Part shown: piece after piece, positions 1-12,621 of the stretch
Position numbering within the stretch: the stretch's first letter is position 1
How the letters are laid out: every line of letters begins with the position of its first letter
Assembly (NCBI RefSeq): GCF_036971445.1
Contig: NC_091469.1
Location: forward strand, 450,988,001-451,052,000
DNA: 64,000 nt
Direction of reading: 5' to 3'
Source: Narcine bancroftii
Lineage: Eukaryota
The notes under the pieces: model-generated
Databases searched by the model: none
Told to the model about the DNA's origin: nothing
What the model saw: the letters and a program-made list of their open reading frames with translations, nothing else
Translations under genes and position numbers: made by a program

Positions 1-319
1 CCCCAGACAAATGGAAAGTATTCCATCATGTTCCTGATGTGTACTTTGCAGATGACAAAAAGATTTTGTGAAATAAGAAAGTCAGTTTTGAAGGGCCTAA
101 TGTTACTCCTATTTTCTTGCCTTTGGTCTTGTATATGAGTCACATTGGAGGATAATCAGCCTCTAACCTTTACTTGTACCACACAATTTATGTGATTGGT
201 CCAGTAAAGAAGGGGGAAAACAGAATTCTGTGGACCCGGTGGATGAAGTAAAAACACAATGCTGGAGTGACTCAGCAGGGCAAAGAGTGTCCTTTATGTA
301 GCAAAGGCAGAGATGCAGT

Positions 320-945
320 TAAGCATCTGATTAATAATGACTAATAGGTTGTTGATGTTCTTTTATACTTATTCATTTTGGGGCTAATTTATGGACTGTG
401 TGGCTGATCATGAAAATCACCTTATATTTTTCCTATCTCCTACAGTTTTTAAGATGTAACCTATTTTTGTGATTTCCTGTCATATTTTAAGTCTACTTCA
501 AGTCTACAAAACCACGAAGTGCAACTTGTCATTGTCATTTTCTGCATCGCACTTGGACGTCTTCCCTGCTGATCTTGGTGCACTCAGTAACGAATATGGT
601 GAAAGATTTCACCAGGTCATTGTGACCAAAGTGGTATCAGGGCCACTGGAACCCATTAGTGCTGGCCGACTATTGTTGAAGCACTGACATGAGAGGCATC
701 AGATGCTATGTGCAAATGAATGTCAGCGGCAAAACATTTTTAGGTCAGTTGAACTAAAGCGATGTGTCAGCATCATTATCTGATTAAACATGCTCAATTC
801 AATAAAAGTTCATTTAACATTTCTCCAACTTCCTACTTGATACAGCAAATCTGAAATTATCTTTGTGTTCAGCTTGAAGTTGTCTATCATAATCCCAATT
901 TTTTTTCCTCAGGAAGCAAATCTTTTGAAAAAAAATAGTCCAGTG
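320..945 (+). mobile_element. Chapaev3-like (CMC) DNA transposon, 3' fragment
   Basis: SHLDVFPADLGALSNEYGERFHQ, then (frameshifted) YQGHWNPLVLADYC, resembling the Chapaev3 transposase C-terminus. Ends ...gtccagtg at 945 (reverse of a CACTGGAC terminus). Start approximate. Confidence 0.65.
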
Positions 946-2169
946 TTATTTTGTTGATGATTGAGAGAGGACTGATTGGTGATAATTGACTGGAGTGGAT
1001 CGTTCCTCTTTTTTACATGCAGTTGGGTAGATGCCAGCTTTCTAAGTGAGAGCCAGTTAATTCTGGAGCATAGATCTTCAGTGCTGTCTGCTCCCATGGT
1101 CTTTGCTGTATTCTGTGTTTTAGCTGCTTCTTGAATTCACATGGAACAATTCAAATTATTTGGACACTGATTTCTATGATGGTGAAGATCTCAGGAAGAA
1201 TTGGAGATGGATCAATGAGAGGTTATTTGGCACTTCTGGCCAAATGTGATTGTGGGTGCTTTGACCTTGCTGACAGCATTCACATATTGTAGGACCAGAA
1301 AGGTAATACTAAGTGGCAACTGGAGTTTGTTAAATTGGTGGATGTGGTCAATGCCTGGCACTTGTGTAACATGCATATTGTTTCATCCCTTTTCATCCAT
1401 GTCTGAATTACATCCAATCTTAGCTTCATGTGTACATGAGGCGTCTTTTTCCAGTGTAGTTGCTGGAGGGGGAGAACATGGGGAACAATTTCAATTTTGA
1501 CCAATTCACAAAAGATAAATCATCAATAATAGTGGTCGAAAAGTGGGTCCCCATGATTGGTGGGTGGAACATGAAGGCATTTTCAACCTTCTTTTCTATA
1601 AGAAGTTCTGTAACAGACACTAGTATTGTGTAATTTGTAGATTTTGTAAAACTTTGGGAATCGAGAGTGATAACGGTGTAGTGGGAGAATGATTTTTAAA
1701 TGTAAGAAATATTCCACCTCTCCAATACAGGACAGTGAAGCACTCCAAAAATGCACACACAGAATGTGTAATCTTGTGAGTTCCAGTTAATAACATGCTT
1801 CCCAGTTTTAAAGAAAATCCATTTTCTGTAAATATGATGGGATAGGCAAGGGCCTAGGGAACTGTAACCTTCGAGCAAACCATTATTAATCAAATGTCTA
1901 TTTCTTCATTGATTTACTTTTATTTTATCTATTAGCATTTTATTTTAATCAGGCAATGCTGGGGCCAAATGCCAAATTAATCTATTGAAAAATATACCCT
2001 CAGCTATTGGATTTTTCTCTAGCTTACTCTTTTCCTCTTTACATACTCAGAGTTTATTCTCATACCAATTGTGCGAATGAAGCAAAATTCTTACTTGCTT
2101 GCTGCAGCCAAACAGTAAATTTGTAAAGAGAAATGAGAGTATTAAACTAAGTGAATTAATTGTGGACAT

Positions 2170-2380
2170 CCATACATTCAGCATGGTAACAGGCCCTTTC
2201 AGGCCATGAGCCCGTGCCACTTACAACACCTGTTGTGTTTGAATGGTGGGTGGAAACTGAAGCACCTGAAGGAAGCCCATGCAGACATGTCTAGAAGGTA
2301 CAAACTCCCTACAAATAACATAGGATTTGAACCTCAGTCCTGATCGCTGCCGCTGTAACAGTGTTGGGCTAACCATGCCT
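2170..2380 (-). mobile_element. tRNA-derived V-SINE (HE1-like)
   Basis: Reverse complement shows a tRNA-like head (ggttcaaatcc), V-domain ggagtttgtaccttct...tctgcatgggcttcc...gtttcc and a CR1-like tail. Confidence 0.75.
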
Positions 2381-2409
2381 CCCCATTAAATGAGACAATA
2401 AATGCATCG

Positions 2410-3675
2410 ATAGATAGAACCATAGAATACTATAGCATGGAAAACAGGCCATTCACCCCTTCTAGTCTTCTATTCTACTGGTCCCATTGACCTGCTCCCA
2501 TTCCATAACCCTCCTGTCCTCTCCCATTCATGTTCTGCTCCCATTCCATAACCCTCCAGTCCTCTCTCATTCATGTATCTATCCAATTTATTCTTAAAAC
2601 TTATCGAGCCTGCATTCACCACATCAGATGGCAGCTCATTCCACACTCCCACCACTCTTCCCCCTATTCGTCTTTGCCTCAAGGAATAAAGTCCTAACCT
2701 GTTTAATCTTTCCCTGTAACTCAACTCCTGAAGACCTGGCAACATCCTAGTGAACCTTTTCTGCACTCTTTCATTCTTAGCGATATCCTTCCTGTAGCTA
2801 TGTGATCAGAACTGCTCACAATATTCTAAATTTGACCTCACCAATGTCTTAAACTACTTCAACATAGCATCCCAACTCCTATACTCAATACTTTGATTTA
2901 TAAAGGCTAAGATGCCAAAAGCTTTCTTTACAACCTTGTCCACCTGCAATGCCACCTTCACAGAATAATCCATCTGTATTCCCAGTTCTCTTTGCTTCTC
3001 CACACTCCTCAGTGCCCTACTATTTGCTGCGTATGTCCTACTTTGGTTTATCCTTCCAAAATGCATCACCTCACTCTTGTCTGCATTAGTTTCCATCTGC
3101 CATTTTTTTTGGCCCATTCTCCCAGTTAGTCCAGATCCCTCTGCAAGCTTTGAAAATCTTCCTCCCTGTCCACAATGCCTCCTATCTTTGTGTCATCAGC
3201 AAACTTGCTCATCCAACTTACCACATTATTATCCAGATCATTGATATGTACAACAAACAACAACACAGATCCATGAGGCACACCATTAGTCCCAGGCCTC
3301 CATTCTGAGAAGAAACCACCCACTACCCCTCTCTGTCTTCCCCCATTCAGCCAATTTCAAATCCAGTTTACAACCTTCCCATGGATACCTAGTGTCTGAA
3401 CTTTCTGAATTAACCTCCCACGTGGGATCTTGTCAAAGGCTTTACTAAAGTCCATGTGGACAACATCCACAGCCTTTCCTTCATCTACCTTCTTGGTAAC
3501 TTCCTCAAAAAACTCTACAAGGTTTGCTAAACATGACTTACCACGTACAAAGCCATGCTGACCGTCCTTAATCAGCTCATGACTGTCCAAATACCTAAAT
3601 ATCCTATCTCCTAGAACTCCTTCCAATAATTTACCTACTACTGATGTCAGGCTCACTGGCCAATAATTTCCTAAT
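2410..3675 (-). mobile_element. CR1 LINE, 5'-truncated, decayed RT
   Basis: QHGFVRGKSCLANL, DFSKAFDKIP, KFADDTKIGG and QKRFTRMLPG motifs, with a (ttctatgg)-type tail at 2410-2430. Confidence 0.92.
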
Positions 3676-3736
3676 AAATATTCACAGAAATCCTAGTGGA
3701 AAAATGTAACTTGCAATAGCACAGGTCATCCTTTTA

Positions 3737-5995
3737 CATTAGATTAGATTCAACTTTATTGTCATTGTTTTGGCAAAATACAAAGCCAATGAAATACAAT
3801 TAGCATCCAGGCAGAAGTTAAAAAATAGTGCTATATACAAATAACTACGTGCAAATAAAAACAAGCGCATTCAGCAAGCAAACAATTATAAAAGTACTGA
3901 CAGTACAATGCGAGTGGAGTACCATTCAGCACTGTGATTTAAGGTTCAGCAGGAACCTTGGGAAATAAAAATTCTTCTTGAGCTTGCTGGTTTGAGAGCG
4001 AACGCTCCTGCAGTATCAACTGGATGGGAGAAGAGTAAAATGTCCATAGTTTGTGTGTGATGCCTCCTTGATGATGCTCTTCGCCCTGCCCAGACAGGGT
4101 TCCTGATAGATGTTCTCAATGGTGGGCAATTGAATGCCGATAATCTGTTGGGCAGTTTTCATTACCTGCTGAAGTACTTTACGGTCTGATACGAGACTAT
4201 TGCCATACCACACTGAGATGTCATAGGTAAGTATGCTCTCAATGGTACATTGGCAACAATCCAACAATCCTGGGACAGAGGTGTACTCTCTTCATGCTCT
4301 TCAGAAAATAAAAGAGCTGTGGCACCTTTTTGATCAGAATGGAAGAATCCAGGGTCCAGGTGAGATCATCGGAAATGTGGACACCAAGGAATTTGAAGCT
4401 TTATACACGTTCCACCACAACTCCACTGATGTAAATAGGGTAATGAGTGTGGCTTCCAGCACGCCTGAAGTCCACAACGTTCTCTTGGTCTTCTGAGTGT
4501 TAAGTGCCAAGTTGTTGATGGCACATCATGCAGCCAAATGGTGGACCTCATCCCTATAGGCTATCTCGTCATCCCTGCTGATCAGGCCAACCACCGTGGT
4601 GTCATCTGCAAACTTGATTATGGAATTAGAACCATATACAGGAATGCAGTCAGAGTTGAAAAGAGAATAAAAGGTGAGAATGGAAGAGAAGAGATTGCCT
4701 AACTTAATAGATTGGGGTCTGTTAGTCAGAAAGTCCAAGGTCTAATTGCAGAAGGATGACATGATGCCAAGATGACAAAGTTTGGTGATTAGTTTGGAGG
4801 GAATCATAGTGTTGAATGCCGAACTAAAATCAATGAACAGCATTCTAATATAAGAGTTAGAGGTGTCCAAGTGGGTCAAGGCAGAATGATATGCTATGGA
4901 GATGGCATCCTCAGTCAACCTGTTGATACAATAGGCAAATTGATGAGAGTCCCGGGTGACGATCAAACAGGATTTCAAATGTGTTAAAACCAGTCTCTCA
5001 AAGCACTTTGCAATGATGGGTGTGAGTGCAACTGGACGGAAGTCATTCAAACTCGTGGTGGTGGAATGCTTTGGCACCGGCACAATGGTGGCAACCTTGG
5101 AACTCATGGGAACAATTGCCTGGACCATGGACAGACTGAAAATATCCGTAAAGACCCCAGCCAAATGTTCTGCATAGACTCTAAGCACACAGCCATGTAT
5201 ACTGCCCAGACCAGCTGCCTTTCGTACATTCACCCTACTCAGGGTGGCCCAAACATCAGAGATAGAAAGTGAGAGAGGCAGTTCATCAGGTGACCTCCCT
5301 GTCCTCTTGTTCATAGTGAGCAAAGAAATAATGAAGCTCCTCAGAGAGGGAAGACCGGCTGGAAGGGGACACAGTGCTAGGTGGTTTATAGTCTGTAATG
5401 ATCTGTATGCCATGCCACATGTGCCAGGGATCTGAGGAATTGAAATACTCTTTGATCTTTTGTTTGTATGTATGTTTAGCCTGAGAGATTACCCTCCTTA
5501 GGTTGGCCCTGGCTGAGCCATAAGTCTCCCAGTCTCCAGATCTGAAGGCTAAATCTCTGTCTTTGAACAAACAGCAAACCTCACTGTTCATTCATGGTTT
5601 TTGATTAGCAAATATTTTTATTTGGTTTTGTAATGTCACTCCATCCACACACTTGCCGATGTACTCGAGGACAGAGTTGGCATATAAATCAATAACCTGA
5701 GAATCTGTGGCAGCATGGGCAGCTAACACACTCCAATCTGTATGTTGAAAATGTAGTCGAAGAACAAAGTCACCACCCTCAAGCCAGATCTTAATCAATC
5801 ATATCAACAGGTCATTTAATGACTGGGCTACACTTGGGAAACAGAAACAGTGAAAGATGGTCAGACTGTCCCAGGTGATGGAGGGTAGTGGTTTTGAAAG
5901 CATCAGCCACATTTGTATAAACCTGATCAAAATATTTATTTCCCGTTGTGGTACGTGATACATGTTGATGAAATCTTGGAAGCACAGTGATTTTG
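3737..5995 (-). mobile_element. Rex1/Babar LINE, decayed
   Basis: DFRPVALTPIIAKCFERLV, FIDFSSAFNT, IIKFADDTTVVGL, TIESILT..ISVWYGN, and HLGQSDH near 5860. 3' end aataaagttgaatctaatctaa. Confidence 0.9.
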
Positions 5996-6811
5996 TGTCT
6001 CTGATTAGTGTACCAAGGGGAAGTTCAAGAGATTTAGATTGGGAAATAGTTCATTGAAATTATAGCCAAAGAAAAGAGTAGCACAGGGGCTACTTAGCAT
6101 ATCAGATCTACTCAGGATGAAAATTTTAAAATTAATCCCACTTTACAGCTCGCCATCTGCAGCCCTGTCGATTTTTACCCTTCAAGTCCTCTTTAAGTGT
6201 AGATAGATTTTTTTTGCCTCCACTGCCCTCTCTAGAATCCTGCCTGAGAATGTTTAGTAAAATTATTTATTTTTAGCTTGCCATTAATTAACTTAAATCT
6301 CAGCACCTTTGTTATTGAACTCTAACTGGGAAAAATAGGTCATTGCTTTTCACCCTGTCAGGCTCTTTCATTATACCTCTCTCCACAAATTCTCACTTGT
6401 CAATCTTATTTTGGATTACTGGTGTTTGCATGTTCTTTTTGTGTCACATTAGAAATGTTAGTATCGATAGGCAGATCCAAAGTTCAAGGGTTTTGTATAC
6501 ACAAGCATGTCGTTGACATTTAATCAATAATCAATTGGCCTCTGTTTGTGATTCTATCTGCAATGTGATCCTCAGAATCCTTGATTACAGTAATGAGATC
6601 ATGGACATCGAATGCACAGCAAAAGGCTAGGCAGTCTTTATTTTACTCCCTCTGTGTCCTAGCTCCAGTTCATAGGTTTCTGGATATGATATTTCAAATG
6701 TTGATCCAGGCAATCTTTAAATATGTTTTGAGTTTCCGCCTCTACAACTCTTTTAGAGATATACCCCTCCAGATTCCAACCCAGCCAATATATTTTTTTT
6801 AACTGATCAAG

Positions 6812-7050
6812 TTTTATTTACAACACATAGAAGCTGATTCCAGCCATTTAAACCTGTGTGCCCAATTACACCCAAATTGACCTACAACCCAATATGTTTT
6901 GTATGGTGGGGGGAAACTGGAGCACTCAGAGGAAACCCAAACAGATACAGGCAGAACGTTCAAGCGCCTTTCAGACAGCGTCAGATTCAAGCCTGAGTTG
7001 CTAGTGCTGTAATAGCTTTGTGCTGACTGCTCCGCTAACTGTACCACCTT
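6812..7050 (-). mobile_element. V-SINE (HE1-like)
   Basis: Same tRNA head and V-domain as 2170-2380. Confidence 0.75.
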
Positions 7051-7089
7051 TTTAGGTGTTCATAAAACAAAAGCGGACTGCTAATCATG

Positions 7090-7196
7090 GTACTTGGAAC
7101 AACAAACAGCACTGGAAGAACTGAATGGGTCAGGCAGCAGCTATTGAGGCAAGCAGTGAAAGTCGATGTTTCAGGTTGAGATTCTGCATCAGGACT
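7090..7196 (-). mobile_element. Penelope-type terminal repeat with degenerate minimal hammerhead motif
   Basis: Reverse complement agtc-CTGATGC-agaatctcaacct-GAAA-caTC-gact, with stem I agtc/gact. Confidence 0.6.
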
Positions 7197-7399
7197 AGTT
7201 ATTTAAGGTTCTTCAGACATCAGATTGACATTAGACTTGCTTCAGAGTTTCAGGTTGCATCTGTGCCATTTTGGGGTCATTGAGAACCCAAAGGGATCTT
7301 TGTGAACAGAAAATTCAGAAGTGCATTGTGACCATCCTTTGAAAAAAAACCTCATTAAAGGCCTGCATCTGTTGGCCATTGCACTGCATCTTGTTTGCA

Positions 7400-7830
7400 G
7401 TGTCACACTTTATGAAATATGCAAATTCTTTAAAGAGGATAGAGATTTACTACTGTGATTCTGGGAATGCGTAGCTTTAGTCAAAGAGGCAGATTGGAGA
7501 ATCTGGGATTGTTCTCTTTGGAACATAGCAAAGGGACCTGACTGTGGTAATTTAAATTTTGAAGTTACAGACAGAGTAGATAAAGCAAAACTATTTCCAA
7601 TGGTCCAGAACTAGGGGACACAAAATAAGAGGGATTTCCAAAGTAATCAAACCTCAAAGAGAGATTTGTTTAGGTCTGTAAAGCACAATCAGCGTTAATA
7701 TTGAGAACAGTGTTCAGAAGGGAATTAGATATGTATCTGAATTGGAAAGAATTGGCAAGGACTTGGAGGGAGGGAGCATTAGATATTGCTCTTGCAAACA
7801 ACCAGCTCAGAATGGGCCAAATGTCCTCAC
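7400..7830 (+). mobile_element. Old CR1 3' fragment
   Basis: agagatttactactgtgattctggga...ctgggattgttctctttgga, typical of the CR1 ORF2 end, heavily decayed. Confidence 0.6.
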
Positions 7831-8869
7831 TAGATACACCAGAGTGTTCTCCTTTTGTTAAGACCCTGTTCCCCCAGACTGAAGATAATCACTTGCAAGT
7901 ACTGGTGATTTCCCTTGTGCCCCAGTTGTTTGCAAGAGCGACATCTCTTTTTTCCCACACCTCTTTCCGAGAACACCAAAGAGACACTGTCGTCTGCTCA
8001 GAATTCTGAATCAAAGTGACACATTTCTGCCTTTCCCTTTTCAGCTTTTAATATGCTGCTCTGCCACTTTTAATTCCTTTACCCTAAGCTGCTTGATACT
8101 TAAAAAAAATGTTACTTTTATTATTCCAGGAAAATAACCCATGCACAAATCTATTAAAAATAGTGCTTTCCCAAGAGATGAATCTACACATTAACAGATG
8201 GATATGTTGGATCAAATTTTCCCTCTTCACAAATTATTCTCAATTTTTCAGATGTGAGCAAAACATTTATTTTAATAATGTCACACTTCATTTCAATTAT
8301 ATTCATAGAGGAACATTAATGAACTTCTCACATACATAATAGAGTAGTTTTTAAACATCTCATTAATTAGCCCTGGGAAGAAGTACCTGAGCAACTTTAT
8401 GTTCAGGATAAAGATCATTAGGAGACAAATGAATAAAGGTCTTTGAATGTGTCAAAGAAAATGATTATGAGAGCAATGAGGAATTTCTAAAATGCTCATT
8501 GCAAATATGAAAAAAATAAAATGTTAAGGATCAGTAAGAATAAATGTTTGCATTTATCTTTCTAGAAACGGTATGCCTTATACTTATTATGTTGATTTAG
8601 GATCCAAGACAGCTTGTAACAACTAAATTAAGCAACAAGTCAGAAAGTAACAGTAGAGAAGTTCTTCTTCTTCAAGGGGATTAATAGCAGTGACAGCATA
8701 GCTTCTCTGGCTTGCCATGGCTTCACAAGCATTGACAGCTCTCCTGGAACTACATATTTTCCTCACTTCCTTTTCTGAAAGGACCCATTTCTAAAACAAA
8801 GGCTGGCTGAAGGCTCACCTCACTGGAAGTCAAAGATACCATTAAACAAAGAAGTTAGTGATTAAATTT

Positions 8870-9015
8870 GGAGTGAAGCACAAAAGTCTGCCGACGCTGT
8901 AATTGTAAAAACACAAAAATGCTGGAGGAACTCAGCAGGTCACGCAACATCCATAGGAGGTAAACCACTGTTTCAGGCCTGAGCCCTTCTTCCCTTCTTC
9001 AAGGAATGAGCAAAA
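8870..9015 (-). mobile_element. Penelope-type terminal repeat
   Basis: gctggaggaactcagcaggtca...tttcaggcctgagcccttcttc, matching the termini attached to GIY-YIG fragments elsewhere in the window. Confidence 0.65.
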
Positions 9016-9282
9016 ATAGATGTTCTCAATGGTGGGCAATTGAATGCTGATAATCTGCTAGGCAGTTTTCACTACCTGCTGAAGTACTTTACGGTCTGAT
9101 ACGAGACTATTGCCGTACCACACTGAGATGTCATAGGTAAGTATGCTCTCAATGGTACATTGGCAACAATCCATCAATATCCTGGGACAGAGGTGTACTC
9201 TCTTCATTCTCTGCAGGAAATATAGGAGCTGTGGCACCTTTTTAATCAGAATGGAAGAGTCCAGGGACCAGGTGAGATCATC
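9016..9282 (-). repeat. Local duplicate of Rex/Babar segment 4106-4370
   Basis: Manual alignment gives about 14 mismatches plus one 2-bp indel over about 266 bp. Confidence 0.9.
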
Positions 9283-9329
9283 TCCTCCCCTCCCCTCCAC
9301 CCCCCCCCCCCCACATGTGTAGAATGGCA

Positions 9330-9500
9330 ACATGATGGTGGAGCTTTGAGGTTCAAGTGACCCAGGTTCAGATCAGATCTTCAGTGCTGCCTCTTTGGAA
9401 TTTACATGTTTTTCTCTGTGACTGCATGGGTTCTTCCAGGTTCTTTAGTTCCCTAGTACTTTCCTAAATGGGCTGATGACCATGGGAAATGCCCAAAGTG
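9330..9500 (+). mobile_element. Degenerate V-SINE
   Basis: gacccaggttcagatc...ctgtgactgcatgggttcttccagg. Confidence 0.55.
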
Positions 9501-10284
9501 TGCAGGGAAATAGAAACTCAGGAGGGGGATGGGTGGAGGAGGGAATAGGAATTCCTGGGAATGTGGGGGTGAATAAAATGTGTTAGCTGTGAGATTAATA
9601 TAAATGATGTTCGATGTTACATATTTGCACATTGGTCTATGTGGCATGATTGGATGGCACTGACAAAATGCTGGGTCAGGCAAGATCAGTGAGACAAGTT
9701 GTCAATGTGATGTGAAAGTGACATCAAGAAACTGCAGGGGCCACTGGCTACAAGTGGGTCCAGACATCATGGTAAAAATATAGAACTATCTGAAATTGAA
9801 GAGAGCCATTAATCCCTTTGAGCCTACACCACCATCCCATACAATCATAGTTACTCCTGCTTTCTCTCCATGGCCCTAGATCCAACTTCCTTTTAAATAT
9901 ATCTATTGAAAATGTTGTTTAAACATGATGCTGTTACTGATAATCTGTAATCCAGAACTTACTGTGTCTACTTTGAACCTGTTCTCATACACTTATGACA
10001 GTAACATCTGCCCACCAATATTAAGATTGCCTGGTTTGAACTGTCCTCGAAGAGCCAGACAAACTTAATCGAATTAATTATTGCCCAATCAATCGATTCT
10101 CAGTCATGAGTATTATAATGGAACTGGACAATTTTGTCAGCTGCCGGTGATTCTTCATTAACCATCGTACTGATGCCAGTTGGCATTTTAGAGGACTATG
10201 CAGTTCCAGACTTCATCAAAATCTTGTTCCAAATATGAACCAATTAGATGAACTCCAGAAATAAGATGCGAGTGGAAGACATTA

Positions 10285-11687
10285 GGCCTTTTCACAATGC
10301 AAAATCTAGGCCACCCTCGAATTCCCCAGCAAGGCAGCACCTTCTGGGTCTTTCACAGTGTGACCTTGCTTACCTGGAAATTTGGCCACTAGGTATTTTA
10401 AGGAAGTCCTGTCCCCAGCAATGACATCTCAAGTGATGGGTTATACACTGATAGGAAGTACCACCGGAGAGGGCAGAGGTAAATATTCTGATTGTCGTTG
10501 AATTTCTATCTGTCCGAGCCTCTGCCTTACTGCCTGCAGTTTGATCAACAATACCGAAAAAAGCTATTTAAGAGACTGTTCCCTGTGTCATCTTCTATTT
10601 CCCCAGCTCAGATCCCCACTAGCATTATTCAACCTAATTTGCTTTAAAAGTACTTCCTATCATTAGTCCTGTACTAATTAAGAATATCAGTGCTTTTCAG
10701 TAAGGGACAGTTCTTTTCTCGGTTGTTAGAAGTCCAATTCACAGCCATCAGTGCTGCTGGAGCTCATTGTAGCAGTGCTCTAGCACCTTGAGATGCTGCT
10801 CCAGCATCTTGAGATGGCGGCTTAATATGGGATAAACGGCCAACTTTGTCACCCATAATCCCCCATACAGCTACATTTCCCTGGCGCTAGCACTGGAAGA
10901 GCAGTTGCCGTTGCATGGGGGATTATGGGTAACGAGGACGGCCATTGATCCTGCACTGAGCCACTGCTGAAGGGTACCGGAGTAGCGCCGAAGCGGCCCG
11001 ATGAAATGCCGGATCAGTGGTCTGGTGAGCTGAGGACATTGGTGTATAAATGGCTCTGATGATTATAGACACGCTGCTGTCAGGATGTAAAACTGGATGA
11101 TAGAACCAAAGATACGGAGACGGACAAGATGACAGATGGGAGCAGTAGGGTGGGAAAGGCAGCACTATTTATCTTGGTTCCCTATATCTAGTTTAGACAG
11201 ACACTTGTTCCAAGAGCATGGTAGGATAGTAACTATGTCACCATCCTTACCCCATCTCTTGGTGTATTTGCGTGTTGTGGTCTCTCACAGTGACATGTTG
11301 GTTAATGTTCTCAAATTCTCGTCAGCTGTTTTACTTGAAGTTCGAACTTTATCTAAACAAAAGGAGGCTGAACTGCCTTCCCATGTGTGAAAAGGCCATT
11401 TGAACTTGTTTTCGCTATATCAGACACTGTTGGCACATTGCATGCATATCTGTGGTATAATTCTTTATTTTAATCGCCTACGTGATGCAGATGCTGACGT
11501 TATGAAGCCTTTCCGGTAATTCATTTGTTGATTCATACTGCCATAAGGTGACTGGCAGGTGAACTCAGCCAGGTTCCAAGAATACCCAGTCCTGCCCAGT
11601 CCAACTTTTTCACATCATGGATTCCCAGGGAGGTATTGTGTTAAATTTCCAAGTTCACCCACTTGATCACTGCAGTGTGTAAAGGCC
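10285..11687. mobile_element. PIF/Harbinger-like non-autonomous DNA transposon
   Basis: TIRs GGCCTTTTCACAATGC and GCAGTGTGTAAAGGCC, flanks TTA / TTT(A), subterminal inverted motif cctggaaattt / aaatttccaag. Confidence 0.55.
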
Positions 11688-12287
11688 TTTAGATATCAAG
11701 GCAGTATTTGACGGATTGCAGCATTAAGGTCTCCAGATATATCTGAAGTCAATGGGCATTGAAACACTCCAGTAATTGGAGTCATTCTCACAACAAGGTG
11801 GTGTTTTTTTTTTGGAGTCCAAATATTCCACGCTACAACATCAATGGCTCACTCAATATCCTCAGCACAAATGCCTTCAACTGCTTCGACAATCACCTTC
11901 TTCCCATCACAAGGTCAGAAAAGGGCACATGACTGAAGAATTCAGAATGTTCTATATCATTCACAATCCAGCACAATAAGGAAACCTGGGCATGCAGATA
12001 GTAAGATCAGACATAGACTGATAAATGCCATATTGAGCCATTGCCCTTGGGGAATGGACCAAAAAGATTTAAAGTAATTGGTGAATTAAAAAGATTAAGA
12101 AAAGTATTTTCACCCAGAAGGTGGTAGGTGTTGGAAAACATTACCAGCAAATATGATAGAAGCAGAAACCTGCATTATATTTTAAAGTTATTTGAATCTG
12201 CAGTTAAAGAGGCTTGATATGCAGGACTAATGTGCTAGATTATAGGATTAGATTGTGTAACACTTTCTTCACTGACAGATGCAATAC

Positions 12288-12621
12288 CTAGCATCTTTCA
12301 GTTGCTCCCATTGGGAAAGAGATACAGGAGTACTAGAGCCAGCACCACCAGGCTGAGAATCAGCTTCTTTCCACAGGTAGTGAAAATGCTGAATCACCAA
12401 AGGAGCTGCTCATGCTAACCATCCAAGACTCTCATGTTCATGAAAATTATATTTATATATTTATTTATTTGTATTGATGAATACTTTTCCTACGTACGTA
12501 TTATTTGCTTGCATATTATGTCTAGCTGCGTGTCTGCATGTTTTACACCAAGGACTGGAGAACGCTGTTTCATCAGGTTGTACTTGTACAATCAGATGAC
12601 TATAAATTTGACTTGACTTGA
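12288..12621 (+). mobile_element. Rex/Babar LINE 3' end
   Basis: GKRYRSTRASTTRLRISFFP, ending in an (acttg)n tail. Same family as 63110-64000. Confidence 0.85.

Noticed and set aside
2300-2380. tRNA-like box B sequences here and at about 6980-7050 and 17560-17620
   Set aside because: These are SINE heads joined to V-domains, with no complete cloverleaf, so not tRNA genes.
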